A stretch of DNA of 64,000 bases from Dehalococcoidia bacterium (GCA_030612025.1 JAUWOR010000005.1:48605-112604), one strand, 5' to 3'; positions 1 through 10,295 are shown, numbered from the stretch's first letter. Numbers and translations are program-made. Notes: a model not told the origin generated them from the letters alone.

Positions 1-22
1 AGGGCAAGCAGTGTCAATTGAT

Positions 23-1141
23 TTAGGGTCTTAATTTCATTTCTAAGTCAACTCGCGTGCGAAGAAAACGATTTAGGTCTTCTCGGTTCAATATGCCGAT
101 AACCTTTCCCTCTTCTACCACCGGTATGTGGTCTGTTTTCCCTATCTCCTGTAGCAGACTTAAGATATCTTGATTAGGGTGGGCTGTTTTCAACTTGTTA
201 ACCGGAGTCATTATATCTCGCACCGTGGTGGTATCCCAATGGGGTGGGGGGATTTTCTTTATGGCACTTAGGGTTATCATGCCTTCTAATAAGGTTTCCC
301 TGGCTACCGGGAAACAATTCCGTCCTGTAGGCAGAATATACTCTTGAACCAACCTCTCCAAAGTAAGCTCAGGAGTGACAAGGGGGCAGCTATAATCGGT
401 AACATGGTGTACTTTAACACCGGAGAGGGAGTCACGTAGCAGGGTCTGTTGATAGGTAGCTCTAGCGGCATCGTGCAAGAACCAACCGATGAAGATAAGC
501 CACAGTCCATTCAACCATAAGTGGGCCACAAAAATAATTACCACACCACCAGCGACAAAGGCATAAGCTATACCTTGTCCTACCTTGGTAGCGAGGCGTG
601 TTGCCCGGTGGTAATTACCCGTTCTCCGCCATATAATGGCACGAAATACTCTGCCTCCATCCAAAGGGAAGCCAGGGATTAGGTTGAACAAAGCTAAGAT
701 CACATTGATTATAGCCAGCCACCGCATTGAGTCGGCTATTAGGGTTTGTTGAGCTTGTGCTAGCAGAATGGACAACCCGTAAAAGATGCCGGCCATAGCT
801 AAGCTGGCTAATGGACCAACTACGGCTATCAAAAGCTCTGTGTTTGGGCGGGTTGCCTCTTTAGTTATCTGGGAAATACCGCCGAAGACAAAAAGAGTAA
901 TTTCTTTCACCGGGATGCCATTGCGAATAGCAAGGATACTGTGAGCCAGCTCGTGGATAATTATGGAAGCGAAGAAAAGGATACTGGTTAATATGCCAAA
1001 AGCTATTCGTTCTACGGTAGGATAATCGCCAGGGAAGTAAAGCACTAATGAGGTGGTTACTAGAGCGAAGATAATGAACCAGGTGTAATGGAGCCGTAGT
1101 GGGATGCCAAAAATTTTACCTAGGCTTATGCTACTTTTCAT
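23..1141 (-). CDS. Site-2 protease (M50 family) with C-terminal CBS domains
   Basis: HELAH zinc motif, NLIPGFPLDGGR motif, multiple hydrophobic segments, CBS-like tail (TVRDIMTP...IGILNREDL). Confidence 0.93.
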   Translation of the reverse strand: MKSSISLGKIFGIPLRLHYTWFIIFALVTTSLVLYFPGDYPTVERIAFGILTSILFFASIIIHELAHSILAIRNGIPVKEITLFVFGGISQITKEATRPNTELLIAVVGPLASLAMAGIFYGLSILLAQAQQTLIADSMRWLAIINVILALFNLIPGFPLDGGRVFRAIIWRRTGNYHRATRLATKVGQGIAYAFVAGGVVIIFVAHLWLNGLWLIFIGWFLHDAARATYQQTLLRDSLSGVKVHHVTDYSCPLVTPELTLERLVQEYILPTGRNCFPVARETLLEGMITLSAIKKIPPPHWDTTTVRDIMTPVNKLKTAHPNQDILSLLQEIGKTDHIPVVEEGKVIGILNREDLNRFLRTRVDLEMKLRP

Positions 1142-2031
1142 CGCTTATCTTGTGGTATAGCGTAGCCTATAAGCTTATAAACCAGTTTGGCCAACAGAAA
1201 AGCACAAGAAGCTGGACCCTCTTGAGGGCAGAACTCCATTAAATCAAAGCCAACTATGTGCCTATGAAGGGCTACCAACCTCAGCAGATTTAAGACTTCC
1301 TGCCATTGCATGCCCTCAGGTTCAGGAGTGCCCACTGCTGGCATAATTGAGGGGTCAAAGACATCCACGTCTATGGTTAGATAAACGTTTTCGCTGAGCG
1401 TGGCTGTTATTTGCTCGGCGGAAGCTGCACTTGATGCCAAATCAGACATATAGAAAGGTGTCATCTTGTGCTGGTTTAAGAATTGTTTCTCTTCCCAGCT
1501 AAGGCTGCGCACTCCAACTTGAACAATGGGGCAAAGCTCGAAGATGCGACGCATAACGCAAGCCTGGCTATATTTGGTTCCTAGATATTTATGGCGAAGG
1601 TCGGCATGAGCATCCAGTTGCAGCACGGAAAGCTCGGAGAATGTTTCCTTGAAAGCCTGGACTGCTCCTAAAGAGAGCGAGTGTTCCCCACCCAGCATTA
1701 CCACAAATTTCCCCTTTTGTATTAATCCCCTGGTTATATGATAGACCCTGTCTATCATATCTTTGGGGCTGCTCATCACAGACTCTACTTCTGGCAGAGT
1801 ATGAATGCCAACTTTATATATCTCCCGGTTTAGCTCTAAGTCATAAAGTTCCAGGTATTGTGAGGCATCAATGATAGCTTGTGAGCCATGACGGGTGCCA
1901 CCTCGCCACTCAGTTGTGTTCTCGTAGGGGATGGGTAGGATGGCTACTTTGGCCTTTTCCAAATCAAAGTAAGGTGGTGCTAATCCCGCGAAGACTCGTC
2001 GTGGCAGGAATACCTCTTCTTTATTCCCCAT
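1138..2031 (-). CDS. speB: Agmatinase (ureohydrolase family)
   Basis: GGEHS, DAHAD, DVDVFDPS..GTPEPEG motifs; start placed at ATG 2031. Confidence 0.92.
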   Translation of the reverse strand: MGNKEEVFLPRRVFAGLAPPYFDLEKAKVAILPIPYENTTEWRGGTRHGSQAIIDASQYLELYDLELNREIYKVGIHTLPEVESVMSSPKDMIDRVYHITRGLIQKGKFVVMLGGEHSLSLGAVQAFKETFSELSVLQLDAHADLRHKYLGTKYSQACVMRRIFELCPIVQVGVRSLSWEEKQFLNQHKMTPFYMSDLASSAASAEQITATLSENVYLTIDVDVFDPSIMPAVGTPEPEGMQWQEVLNLLRLVALHRHIVGFDLMEFCPQEGPASCAFLLAKLVYKLIGYAIPQDKR

Positions 2032-2419
2032 GGTAAACAAAATTCGGGGGATTAGCTACCGCAGCAAATTCTGCTGACCCTTCCCTATTAATAAGGCAAG
2101 TCCTCAGTTTAGCTAACTGAAATTTATCTCGCAAATCTTTAATTGCTTTATCCGCATCAAAATCCCTGCAGGAAAAGATATCTATATTGACATAATTGCT
2201 CTCAACAAAGGTATGGACGCTAATATGGCTCTCAGCAATAAAAACAAATCCAGACATCCCCCAATCCTCTGACTTTGATCCTACATACCTAAGCACGTAA
2301 GGTGGTGAAATTCTTGTCATGCCAATTTCAGAGGGGTAAGTTTCCAACCAATGCTTAAGAGAATCCATGTCTTGAAGAATTTTTTGGTTAGCGGAATAAC
2401 CATCTATAATCAAATGCAT
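2021..2419 (-). CDS. speD: Pyruvoyl-dependent S-adenosylmethionine decarboxylase family proenzyme
   Basis: MHLIIDGY start, IAESHISVHTF self-cleavage motif, IDIFSC. Confidence 0.85.
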   Translation of the reverse strand: MHLIIDGYSANQKILQDMDSLKHWLETYPSEIGMTRISPPYVLRYVGSKSEDWGMSGFVFIAESHISVHTFVESNYVNIDIFSCRDFDADKAIKDLRDKFQLAKLRTCLINREGSAEFAAVANPPNFVYHGE

Positions 2420-2469
2420 CAGACTTCCTTCATAAGACGAGGATGACCCCCGCCATTATGGTTGTTTAC

Positions 2470-2497
2470 CGTAGGGTCGGGGCTTGTCTCCGACCGG
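2470..2497. repeat. REP-like GTAG palindrome
   Basis: cGTAGGGTCGGGG-cttgt-CTCCGACC: GTAG tetranucleotide followed by an imperfect hairpin. Confidence 0.6.
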
Positions 2498-2533
2498 CAC
2501 TTTAACAATATTAGCTCCCAGCCCCTCACTTCT

Positions 2534-2626
2534 TGTCATTCTGAGGGAGAGAAGCGACCCAAGAATCTCCTCTTCACGGAGCCTGCCCTGAGCACTAAGA
2601 GATTCTTCGCTATGCTCAGAATGACA
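2534..2626. repeat. Inverted pair of GTCATT(C/G)..GAAG(A/C)AATCT-family repeats
   Basis: TGTCATTCTGAG...AAGAATCTC ... GAGATTCTTCGCTATGCTCAGAATGACA. Confidence 0.85.
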
Positions 2627-2685
2627 CCAAGCGAAGGGTTCAGAGCTTTGGCTCATCAGGACAAGCTCCGCAATGCAGCCATCAA

Positions 2686-3981
2686 TTAGCATTTAATTGC
2701 CGAAACACCTAAGTATTTTTCTACTATTGCCATGGCACAATATTTGCCACACATGCTGCAAGTTTCTCCTGCTGTGGGAATCTTACTATGAATTCGCTTT
2801 GAAAGCTCTGGATCCAAGGACAATTCAATTTGAGTGGCCCAATCAAGATTCTTGCGAGCCCGGGACATTCTTTCATCCCACTCCTTGGCACCCTTTACCC
2901 CCTTAACAATGTCACCAGCATGAGCAGCTATGCGAGAGGCTATCACTCCTTGCTTTACATCTTCTATATTGGGAAGGGAAAGGTGTTCCGTGGGAGTGAC
3001 GTAGCACAAGAAATCTGCCCCAGCGGCGGCAGCAATGGCACCTCCGATAGCACCAGTAATGTGGTCGTAGCCAGCACCTATATCAGTTACCAATGGACCC
3101 AGGACATAGAAAGGCGCTCCGTGGCACAAGCTTTTTTCTAATTGAACATTGCTGGCTACTTGATCCAGGGGTAAATGTCCTGGCCCTTCGACAAAAACTT
3201 GAATTTCAGCTTCCCTAGCGCGCTTTACTAATTCACCTTGGATGATTAACTCCTCGATTTGAGCCCTATCGGTGGCATCGGCGATACTTCCTGGACGCAA
3301 GCTATCTCCCAAGCTTAAGGCAAAATCACATTTATGGGCTAAATCTAACAAGCGGTCATAATATTGATATAGAGGATTTTCTTCCTCGTTATGTAGCATC
3401 CAGCCAGTGAGGAAGGCGCCTCCCCGAGAAACTATATCAGTTGTTCTACCTTGGTTTTTTAGCCGTGCTATGGATGCCCGAGTTACACCACAATGAACGG
3501 TCATGAAATCAACGCCGTCTCTAGCTTGCTCCTCAACCACGTCAAAGATCTCGTCAACAGTCATGTTCAGGATAGCTCCGTGCTTCTCAATAGCCTCAAT
3601 CCCAGCTTGATAAATGGGCACAGTTCCCATGGGCAAGGGGCTAGCGTTGATGATGGCTCTTCTGATGGCTGAAATATCACCTCCGGTGCTCAAATCCATC
3701 ACTGTATCGCTGCCAGAATCAATGGCGGCTTGTAGTTTCTTAAGTTCTGTGTCTAAATCAAAAAAGTCCGATGATGTACCTATATTGGCATTAATTTTAG
3801 TCCTTAGTCCCTTGCCTATGCCACAAGGGACTAGGTTTGCATGATTAGGATTGGCTGGAATTACGATTGAGCCCTCAACCAAGCCTTGAAGAACAAAGTT
3901 TACCTCTACCCTTTCCTGCTCAGCTACATGTTTTACCTGGGGCGAAACAACACCACTTCGAGCCAGTTCTAGTTGAGTCAT
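2686..3981 (-). CDS. thiC: Phosphomethylpyrimidine synthase ThiC family
   Basis: [24 protein letters not shown]-terminal CSMCGKYC cluster motif. Confidence 0.92.
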   Translation of the reverse strand: MTQLELARSGVVSPQVKHVAEQERVEVNFVLQGLVEGSIVIPANPNHANLVPCGIGKGLRTKINANIGTSSDFFDLDTELKKLQAAIDSGSDTVMDLSTGGDISAIRRAIINASPLPMGTVPIYQAGIEAIEKHGAILNMTVDEIFDVVEEQARDGVDFMTVHCGVTRASIARLKNQGRTTDIVSRGGAFLTGWMLHNEEENPLYQYYDRLLDLAHKCDFALSLGDSLRPGSIADATDRAQIEELIIQGELVKRAREAEIQVFVEGPGHLPLDQVASNVQLEKSLCHGAPFYVLGPLVTDIGAGYDHITGAIGGAIAAAAGADFLCYVTPTEHLSLPNIEDVKQGVIASRIAAHAGDIVKGVKGAKEWDERMSRARKNLDWATQIELSLDPELSKRIHSKIPTAGETCSMCGKYCAMAIVEKYLGVSAIKC

Positions 3982-4117
3982 CTTGCTATATACCTCTATA
4001 TTAAATTAAGTTTAGATGGCAAATTTAACATGGGACGATTCTGAATGCAAGTCTGAAAAGCTTGAATAAGCTAGCTAAATAGCTACCAAGAGCAGGGCCT
4101 TTAATTGTTGAGATACT

Positions 4118-5800
4118 TCACATTCTTTCCGGAGCTGTCATGCCCATGAGGTGAAGGGTCTTGGCTAGGACAATTTGAGTTGCCTTGACCAGTTTGAGCC
4201 GAGCTCTGGTTAATGCCTCATCTTGGGAAACTACCCGGCACTGCTTGTAGAAGCTATGGAAGGCAGTGGCCAAATCCTGGGCATAGTAAGGCAAATGGTG
4301 AGGCTCGAGAGTATTTACTATCTCCTCTATTACTTCGGGTAGGAGGATTAAGCGGCGAATTAAGGTTAGCTCTGGCTCAGTAATAAGCAGGGAAACATCA
4401 CCTTGGCTGTAATCAATTCCCTTTTGGTTGGCTAAGCGAAGGATACTGGCAATCCTGGCATGGGCATATTGAACATAATAGACAGGGTTATCTAGTGACT
4501 GTTTCTTAGCTAGCTCTAGGTCGAAGTCCATCTGGCTATCAGCGGAGCGAGAGAGGAAGAAAAAGCGGCAGGCATCTGCCCCTACCTCCTCTACTACCTC
4601 CCGCAGGGTAATAATATCGCCGCTACGCTTGGATGCTCTAATTACCTCCTCCCCACGCCGTAAGGTGACTAACTGGCAGATTATTACTTTGAGCTGTTCA
4701 GGGTCCTTTCCCAGGGCTTTCATTACCGCCTTCATACGGGGCACATGCCCTTGGTGATCAGCACCCCAGATATCAATCACGGTGTCAAATTTTCGTTTTA
4801 TGAACTTGTTGTAATGGTAGGCAATATCGGAGGCAAAATAAGTAGGGGAGCCATCACTACGCACCAGCACGTTATCTTTATCCTCACCCAAGGCACTTGA
4901 TTCAAACCAGATGGCATTATCCCTTTTAGTTACATAGCCTTCTCCTTGTAATAACTCCATAGCTCGGTGGTATTGCTTATTGTGATAAAGGCTTTTTTCG
5001 CTAAACCAAGCGTCGAACTCCACGCCTAAAAGCTCGAGGTCAGACCTTATCCACTTAATAATCTTACCCTGTCCAATTTTGCCTATTTCTTGAACAGGAT
5101 ATTTCCCCTCAAAACTAATCTCCGCTATTTTACAAATTGCCTTCTCTTTTCCCCCTTGTTCAGCAATAATTTCCCTTGCCAGCTCTATCATATAGTCACC
5201 GAGGTAGCCATCTTTTGGCATCTCAGCAGAGATTTCCAAAAGCTGCAGATAGCGAGCATGGAGAGAGCGGTTGAAAGCATCTATCTGGCTACCGGCGTCG
5301 TTGATATAGTATTCCTTTTCCACATAATAGCCAGCAGCAGTGAGAACGTTGGCTAGAGTACTACCTAAGACAGCACCACGACCATGACCTACGTGAAGAG
5401 GTCCGGTGGGATTGACGCTAACGAACTCAATTTGAGTGTGACTGCCTTTGCCTAGAGTAAGGTTACCGTATGACTCACCAGCAGCCGAAACAAATTCTGC
5501 TTGTTCGGCTAGCCAATCATCTCGCAGGGTGAAATTAATGAAGCCCGGTGGAGCGATGGCAAACCTATCAATTTCCGGAGGGAGTGATATATGCTTAGCT
5601 ACTTTCTCAGCTATAACCAGAGGGGGCTCTTTAGCTGTTCGAGCTAGCTTTAGGGGAAGTCCTGAGGCGAAATCTCCATGCTCGGGATTCTGGGGGTGCT
5701 CTATAACTACTTCGGGCAGCGTTACAACAACGAGACTGCCCTCTCGTTGTGCCTCAGTTACAGCCTGCTGCAAACAAGTGGCTAACCTTTTCTTAACCAT
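4118..5800 (-). CDS. argS: Arginine--tRNA ligase
   Basis: EFVSVNPTGPLHVGHGR (HIGH), WGADHQGH, YVQYAHARIASI. Confidence 0.98.
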   Translation of the reverse strand: MVKKRLATCLQQAVTEAQREGSLVVVTLPEVVIEHPQNPEHGDFASGLPLKLARTAKEPPLVIAEKVAKHISLPPEIDRFAIAPPGFINFTLRDDWLAEQAEFVSAAGESYGNLTLGKGSHTQIEFVSVNPTGPLHVGHGRGAVLGSTLANVLTAAGYYVEKEYYINDAGSQIDAFNRSLHARYLQLLEISAEMPKDGYLGDYMIELAREIIAEQGGKEKAICKIAEISFEGKYPVQEIGKIGQGKIIKWIRSDLELLGVEFDAWFSEKSLYHNKQYHRAMELLQGEGYVTKRDNAIWFESSALGEDKDNVLVRSDGSPTYFASDIAYHYNKFIKRKFDTVIDIWGADHQGHVPRMKAVMKALGKDPEQLKVIICQLVTLRRGEEVIRASKRSGDIITLREVVEEVGADACRFFFLSRSADSQMDFDLELAKKQSLDNPVYYVQYAHARIASILRLANQKGIDYSQGDVSLLITEPELTLIRRLILLPEVIEEIVNTLEPHHLPYYAQDLATAFHSFYKQCRVVSQDEALTRARLKLVKATQIVLAKTLHLMGMTAPERM

Positions 5801-5801
5801 A

Positions 5802-5830
5802 GAGATTGCTTCGCTCCGCTCGCAATGACA
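5802..5830. repeat. GTCATTGCGAGCGAAGCGAAGCAATCT-family repeat filling the recG-argS gap
   Basis: GAGATTGCTTCGCTCCGCTCGCAATGACA, reverse complement of the copy at 62006-62034. Confidence 0.85.
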
Positions 5831-5833
5831 TTA

Positions 5834-8329
5834 CTAGCTCCATTCAGCGCTTTTAGACCACACTTGAGATAATTGCTGTCTTAGAAGGCGATGTTCGGGT
5901 TTTCCCAAATTACTGTCACTTTGAAAAAGGGCTATTGCCTCCTGCCGAGCCAGCTCTAGGAGGCGTAAATTTGATAGTTTAGCTATTTTAAGGTCAGGTA
6001 GGCCACTTTGGTGTGTGCCAAAAAATTCTCCCGGGCCTCTTAGCTCTAGATCCTTCTCGGCTAAAGCAAAACCATCGTGAGTTTTCTCCATTAGCTGAAG
6101 GCGGTCTCTTGCTTCAGGTGTGGTTGCTTCGCTTCGCTCGCAATGACAGGAAGGGATAAGTAGGCAATAAGCTTGCTCTTTATCTCGGCCCACTCGCCCT
6201 CTAAATTGATGGAGCTGTGATAGCCCGAAGCGCTCAGCGCCCTCCACTAACATTACTGTGGCGTTAGGTATATCAATGCCCACTTCTACCACCGATGTTG
6301 ACACTAGAATATCAAGCATACCTTCTCGGAAGCGGCGCATTACCTTTTCTTTATCACCAGGGGGCATTCGCCCATGGAGTAACCCCAATTTTAAATCTGG
6401 GAAAATTTCTCTGGATAGATACTCGTATTCACTTGTAGCGGCTTTTGCCTCAAGTGTTTCTGATTCTTCAATCAGAGGACAGATAATGAAAGCTTGCTTA
6501 CCATTACTGACCTGGCGACGGAGGAAGCTATAAGCTTTTTCTGTGTACTGGGGCTCAAGGAATCTTGTTTTCACTTCCTGTCGTCCTGGAGGCAGCTCGT
6601 CAATAACTGAGAGGTCGAGGTCACCGTAAAGTGTCAGTGCCATAGTTCGCGGGATAGGGGTGGCGGTCATAACCAATATATGAGGGTTAAAGCCTTTTTG
6701 ACGCAATGCAGAACGTTGTAAAACACCGAATCTTTGTTGCTCATCTGTCACTGCTAACCCTAGCTGGTAAAATTCTACCTCTTTTTGGATAAGGGCGTGG
6801 GTGCCAATGACAATATCAATTTCACCCTGCTTAATTTTACGATGTAAATCCTCCTTCACGCTATCTTTAAGGCTGCCGATGAGCAAAGCGATAGTAAGTG
6901 GCTGGGAGAGAAAGCCTATATAGCATTCAACATTATTGCCTATTTTCTCTTTCTGCGTGCTGGCGTTAGACAAATAATCACAGATATTGCTGAAATGCTG
7001 CTCAGCCAGCACTTCAGTGGGCGCCATCAACGCTCCTTGGTAGCTGTTGGCCGCTGCCATTAATAAAGCCAAAGTAGCAATCACGGTCTTGCCACTCCCT
7101 ACTTCGCCTTGAAGAAGGCGTGACATAGCTCTGGGTTGCTTAAGGTCAGCTAAAATTTCCCATAGTACTCGCTCCTGAGCTCGGGTCAAAGTGAAGGGTA
7201 AACAATGTAAGAACCCGTCAATAACCTCCTGATATATATTAAAGGCATGGCCTGGCTGGCTTTCTTGCCAATCCCGCTTTCTTGCCAGCACGCCTAATTG
7301 AAGTAAGAATAGCTCATCAAAGGCTACCCTCTCCTTTGCCCTCCCCGCTATTAAGTGGCCGTCAGGATAGTGGATTTGAGCAATCGCTTCAGGAAGATTT
7401 AATAGCTGGTAGCGGTTTTTTATCTCCAAGGGTAAGAAATCGCTCACTCGCCATGCCCAACCATCAATGGCTTCTTTCGTCCATTTCCTCACTTGCCGGG
7501 GATACAAGCCTTGAGTAAGAGGATAAATGGGGACCAAGCGGCCAGTGTGGATCAGTTCTTTATTCTCAAGCAATTCCCATTCAGGAGACTGGAAGACTTT
7601 TTGACCCTTGAATAAACTGACTGTACCACTAATTACTACCTTGGCGTTGGTGGGAAATCTTTTAGCCAGATAAGGTTGGTTGAACCAGACTACTTTGATG
7701 TTCCCAGTCTCATCGCTCACTATTGCCTCAGTGCCTTGCCGATTACCAAAAGTAGCTATCCTAGCTTGCCATATTGTAGCTACAATAGTTTGCTCCTCAC
7801 CTTCCTTAAGTTCAGAGATAGGTTTCCTCTGGCTGTAATCGACATACCTCCGGGGGAAAAAATAAAGTAAATCATGCATTGTTCTCACATCTAGCTTGGC
7901 AAATTTAGTGGCTACACGGGGTGTAATGCCTTTGATAATAGTTATAGGGGAATTTAATCCTTCGCTTCTTTTCCCAGGGCGTGACGTAACTGTTACCCTC
8001 ACCTTATTCCTCTCTTGTAAGGAAGAAGAGAATTCATTACATAGAGGAGAGGTGAGGGTGCCTTGCTTTACTTCTTCCAGCTTGCTTAGCCAGTCGAAGA
8101 GACGCATTACACATTTCTTACGCTCGTCTACATCACAGGAGCCGTAATTGGAGTTAGCTAAATTGAGTTTATCGAATTCAGCTAAAAGTTGCTGGTTATT
8201 TACGCCTTGCCTGATTTGTCCTGCCTGTTTGTGAAGATATTTATCCAAACCACCGATTACTGCTTTATCGGTATATCCTTGCTTACGCTCCAGTTCAAGG
8301 ATTTTTCTTAGTGAATCGGTAGTTATCAC
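5834..8329 (-). CDS. recG: ATP-dependent DNA helicase RecG
   Basis: LLQGEVGSGKT, DEQQRFGV, MTATPIPRT, QLHQFRGRVGR, DLELRGPGE. Confidence 0.97.
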   Translation of the reverse strand: MITTDSLRKILELERKQGYTDKAVIGGLDKYLHKQAGQIRQGVNNQQLLAEFDKLNLANSNYGSCDVDERKKCVMRLFDWLSKLEEVKQGTLTSPLCNEFSSSLQERNKVRVTVTSRPGKRSEGLNSPITIIKGITPRVATKFAKLDVRTMHDLLYFFPRRYVDYSQRKPISELKEGEEQTIVATIWQARIATFGNRQGTEAIVSDETGNIKVVWFNQPYLAKRFPTNAKVVISGTVSLFKGQKVFQSPEWELLENKELIHTGRLVPIYPLTQGLYPRQVRKWTKEAIDGWAWRVSDFLPLEIKNRYQLLNLPEAIAQIHYPDGHLIAGRAKERVAFDELFLLQLGVLARKRDWQESQPGHAFNIYQEVIDGFLHCLPFTLTRAQERVLWEILADLKQPRAMSRLLQGEVGSGKTVIATLALLMAAANSYQGALMAPTEVLAEQHFSNICDYLSNASTQKEKIGNNVECYIGFLSQPLTIALLIGSLKDSVKEDLHRKIKQGEIDIVIGTHALIQKEVEFYQLGLAVTDEQQRFGVLQRSALRQKGFNPHILVMTATPIPRTMALTLYGDLDLSVIDELPPGRQEVKTRFLEPQYTEKAYSFLRRQVSNGKQAFIICPLIEESETLEAKAATSEYEYLSREIFPDLKLGLLHGRMPPGDKEKVMRRFREGMLDILVSTSVVEVGIDIPNATVMLVEGAERFGLSQLHQFRGRVGRDKEQAYCLLIPSCHCERSEATTPEARDRLQLMEKTHDGFALAEKDLELRGPGEFFGTHQSGLPDLKIAKLSNLRLLELARQEAIALFQSDSNLGKPEHRLLRQQLSQVWSKSAEWS

Positions 8330-8341
8330 TTTGCGAAGGCG

Positions 8342-8623
8342 TCACTTAATTATGCTAAGGTTACAGCACTTATAGAATATCACATTTGTCTCTTTAGATA
8401 ATTTAGTAAAAAGCTCAGCAAAGAAATCCGGGGGCACAGTTGAGGTGGTGGGGATAATCTTGCCTCTTTCTAGCCTATAATAGAATTCCTCTGTGCTTAT
8501 ATCAACATTATCGCGGTAAGCCTCGCTACCAAAATTGACATACAACGGCACCATTGTAATCCCAAACTTCTGAGCTAGTTGAGGAGTAATATTAGAGAGG
8601 CTATCAGTTACAGCTTTAACCAT
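8342..8623 (-). pseudogene. Truncated DegV/FakB family gene (N-terminal ~90 aa only)
   Basis: VTDS...GITMVPLYVNFG..YRD...IPTTS is a DegV N-terminus; the frame ends just before recG, whereas the intact DegV at 31929 is 285 aa. Confidence 0.8.
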
Positions 8624-8631
8624 TACTCTCT

Positions 8632-8660
8632 GCCCCTGAAAAACTTAGTTTTTCAGGGGC
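8632..8660. repeat. Perfect palindrome / possible terminator between fakA and the degV fragment
   Basis: GCCCCTGAAAAAC-TTA-GTTTTTCAGGGGC. Confidence 0.7.
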
Positions 8661-8666
8661 CCGAGG

Positions 8667-10295
8667 TTATTCCAGCGAGATTATATAATTATAATGTGGT
8701 TGCCCACCCTGGACCACTTCAACCTCAAGGTGATATTCCTCCCGGATTTTCTGGGCTATATCCTCCGCTTCAATGGCTTGAGCTTCAGCAGCGTAATAAA
8801 TAGTTACCATTTCTGTGTTTTCAATATTGGCTTTCGTTAGAGCTTGAAAAATAACATCTAACATATTATTGCCACCAGCTATTAAATCCTCATCATTTAG
8901 AATAGCAATAGGTTGCCCCTTCTTTATTTCTTGGCCGTTCATCCGTGTCTTACGCACTGCTTTAGTAACTCCTATGGTCTTTACTGCGGTCATCGCCTCT
9001 TCCATAGCTCGAGTATTTTCCTCTAAGTCCATGTCATAACTAAAGGCGAGGGATGCGGCTATGCCCTGGGGGATAGTCCTGGTAGGGATTACCTTCACCC
9101 TCTTTGAAGTTAAAGACTCAACCTGCGAAGCTGTGTGGATGATATTCTTGTTATTGGGCAATAGAATAATATTGTCCGAGGGTGCTGCTTCTACAGCCTT
9201 CAATAACTCGCGAACGCTGGGATTCATTGTTTGACCGCCAGGAACAATAATTGTAGCCCCTAGGCTATTAAACACCTCAAAAAAGCCATCTCCAGCGGCG
9301 ACTGTTACTATAGCGATGTCGACCCTGGGCATTCTTTCTTTTTGTATCTTAATAAATTCTGCATATTGATCATCCATATTGTTGACCTTTACCTGATGTA
9401 GTGTGCCTAAGTGGGTAGCATAATCAAGAATTTCACCGGGCTTAAAGCTGTGGATATGAATTCTAACCATGGAGCAGTTGCCAGCAACAATTAGGGATTG
9501 CCCTTTCTTCTTTAACTTTTTCTTGATCTTGCTCAAATTAAGTTTTTGCCCCTCCAGTAGAAACTCGAGGCAATATCCATAAGGCACTTCTACCTCAGCC
9601 GTTGGAGCCATTTTAGAAGCTAGGGGTAAGTTGGCAGAGACTAGCTGAGGTTTCCGGCCTTTCATTTTATCGGCTTCTCCTTTAAGGAAGTGCCGGGCAC
9701 CATCGAGCAATACATATAAACCTTGCCCCCCGGCATCTACTACCCCAGCTTCACGTAATACTGGTAGCAAGTCAGGTGTCCGAGCCACTGAATCCCTAGC
9801 TGCCTCTGTGGCAGTTTCTACTACGGAAAGCAAGTTTTCAGAATCGGTTTTGGCGGCTATATCGGCCGCGTTAGCGGCATCTTTAAGCACCGTCAGTATA
9901 GTTCCTTCTACCGGGTGCATGATTCCTTCGTAAGCAACTTGCGATGCTTCAGCTAGGGCCTTGGCAAAATCTTTGCCATTGAAGGATTTCTTGTCTTCCA
10001 ATCCCTTGGCCAAGCCACGCAGGAATTGGGATAGGATAACTCCTGAATTACCTCGTGCTCCCATTAAAGCACCATAAGCCATTGATTTGGCTACTGAAGA
10101 AGCATCGCTATCTGTGTTCTGTTTTGCCTCTTGCATAGCAGAGTGCATAGTAAGCAACATGTTGGTTCCTGTATCCCCATCGGGGACCGGGAAAACATTT
10201 ATAGCGTTGATTTCGGGAACACATTTCTCAATCCAGGTTGTACCTAGGGCAAACATCTTTCTCAATATCTTGCCATCAGCTAATTTAGCTCCCAT
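8667..10295 (-). CDS. DAK2-domain fatty acid kinase subunit (FakA/YloV family)
   Basis: INVFPVPDGDTGTNM, GARGNSGVILSQ, GGQTMNPS, GGQPHY; next to rpmB, degV and recG. Confidence 0.95.
   Translation of the reverse strand: MGAKLADGKILRKMFALGTTWIEKCVPEINAINVFPVPDGDTGTNMLLTMHSAMQEAKQNTDSDASSVAKSMAYGALMGARGNSGVILSQFLRGLAKGLEDKKSFNGKDFAKALAEASQVAYEGIMHPVEGTILTVLKDAANAADIAAKTDSENLLSVVETATEAARDSVARTPDLLPVLREAGVVDAGGQGLYVLLDGARHFLKGEADKMKGRKPQLVSANLPLASKMAPTAEVEVPYGYCLEFLLEGQKLNLSKIKKKLKKKGQSLIVAGNCSMVRIHIHSFKPGEILDYATHLGTLHQVKVNNMDDQYAEFIKIQKERMPRVDIAIVTVAAGDGFFEVFNSLGATIIVPGGQTMNPSVRELLKAVEAAPSDNIILLPNNKNIIHTASQVESLTSKRVKVIPTRTIPQGIAASLAFSYDMDLEENTRAMEEAMTAVKTIGVTKAVRKTRMNGQEIKKGQPIAILNDEDLIAGGNNMLDVIFQALTKANIENTEMVTIYYAAEAQAIEAEDIAQKIREEYHLEVEVVQGGQPHYNYIISLE

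Noticed and set aside
2456-2692. ORFs 2456-2692 (-) and 2462-2689 (+)
   Set aside because: They are translations of stacked palindromic repeats (CHSEHSEES, LRMT peptides) with no protein-family features.
3982-4117. TPP riboswitch upstream of thiC
   Set aside because: No recognisable TPP aptamer core (CTGAGA...) in this short AT-rich gap.
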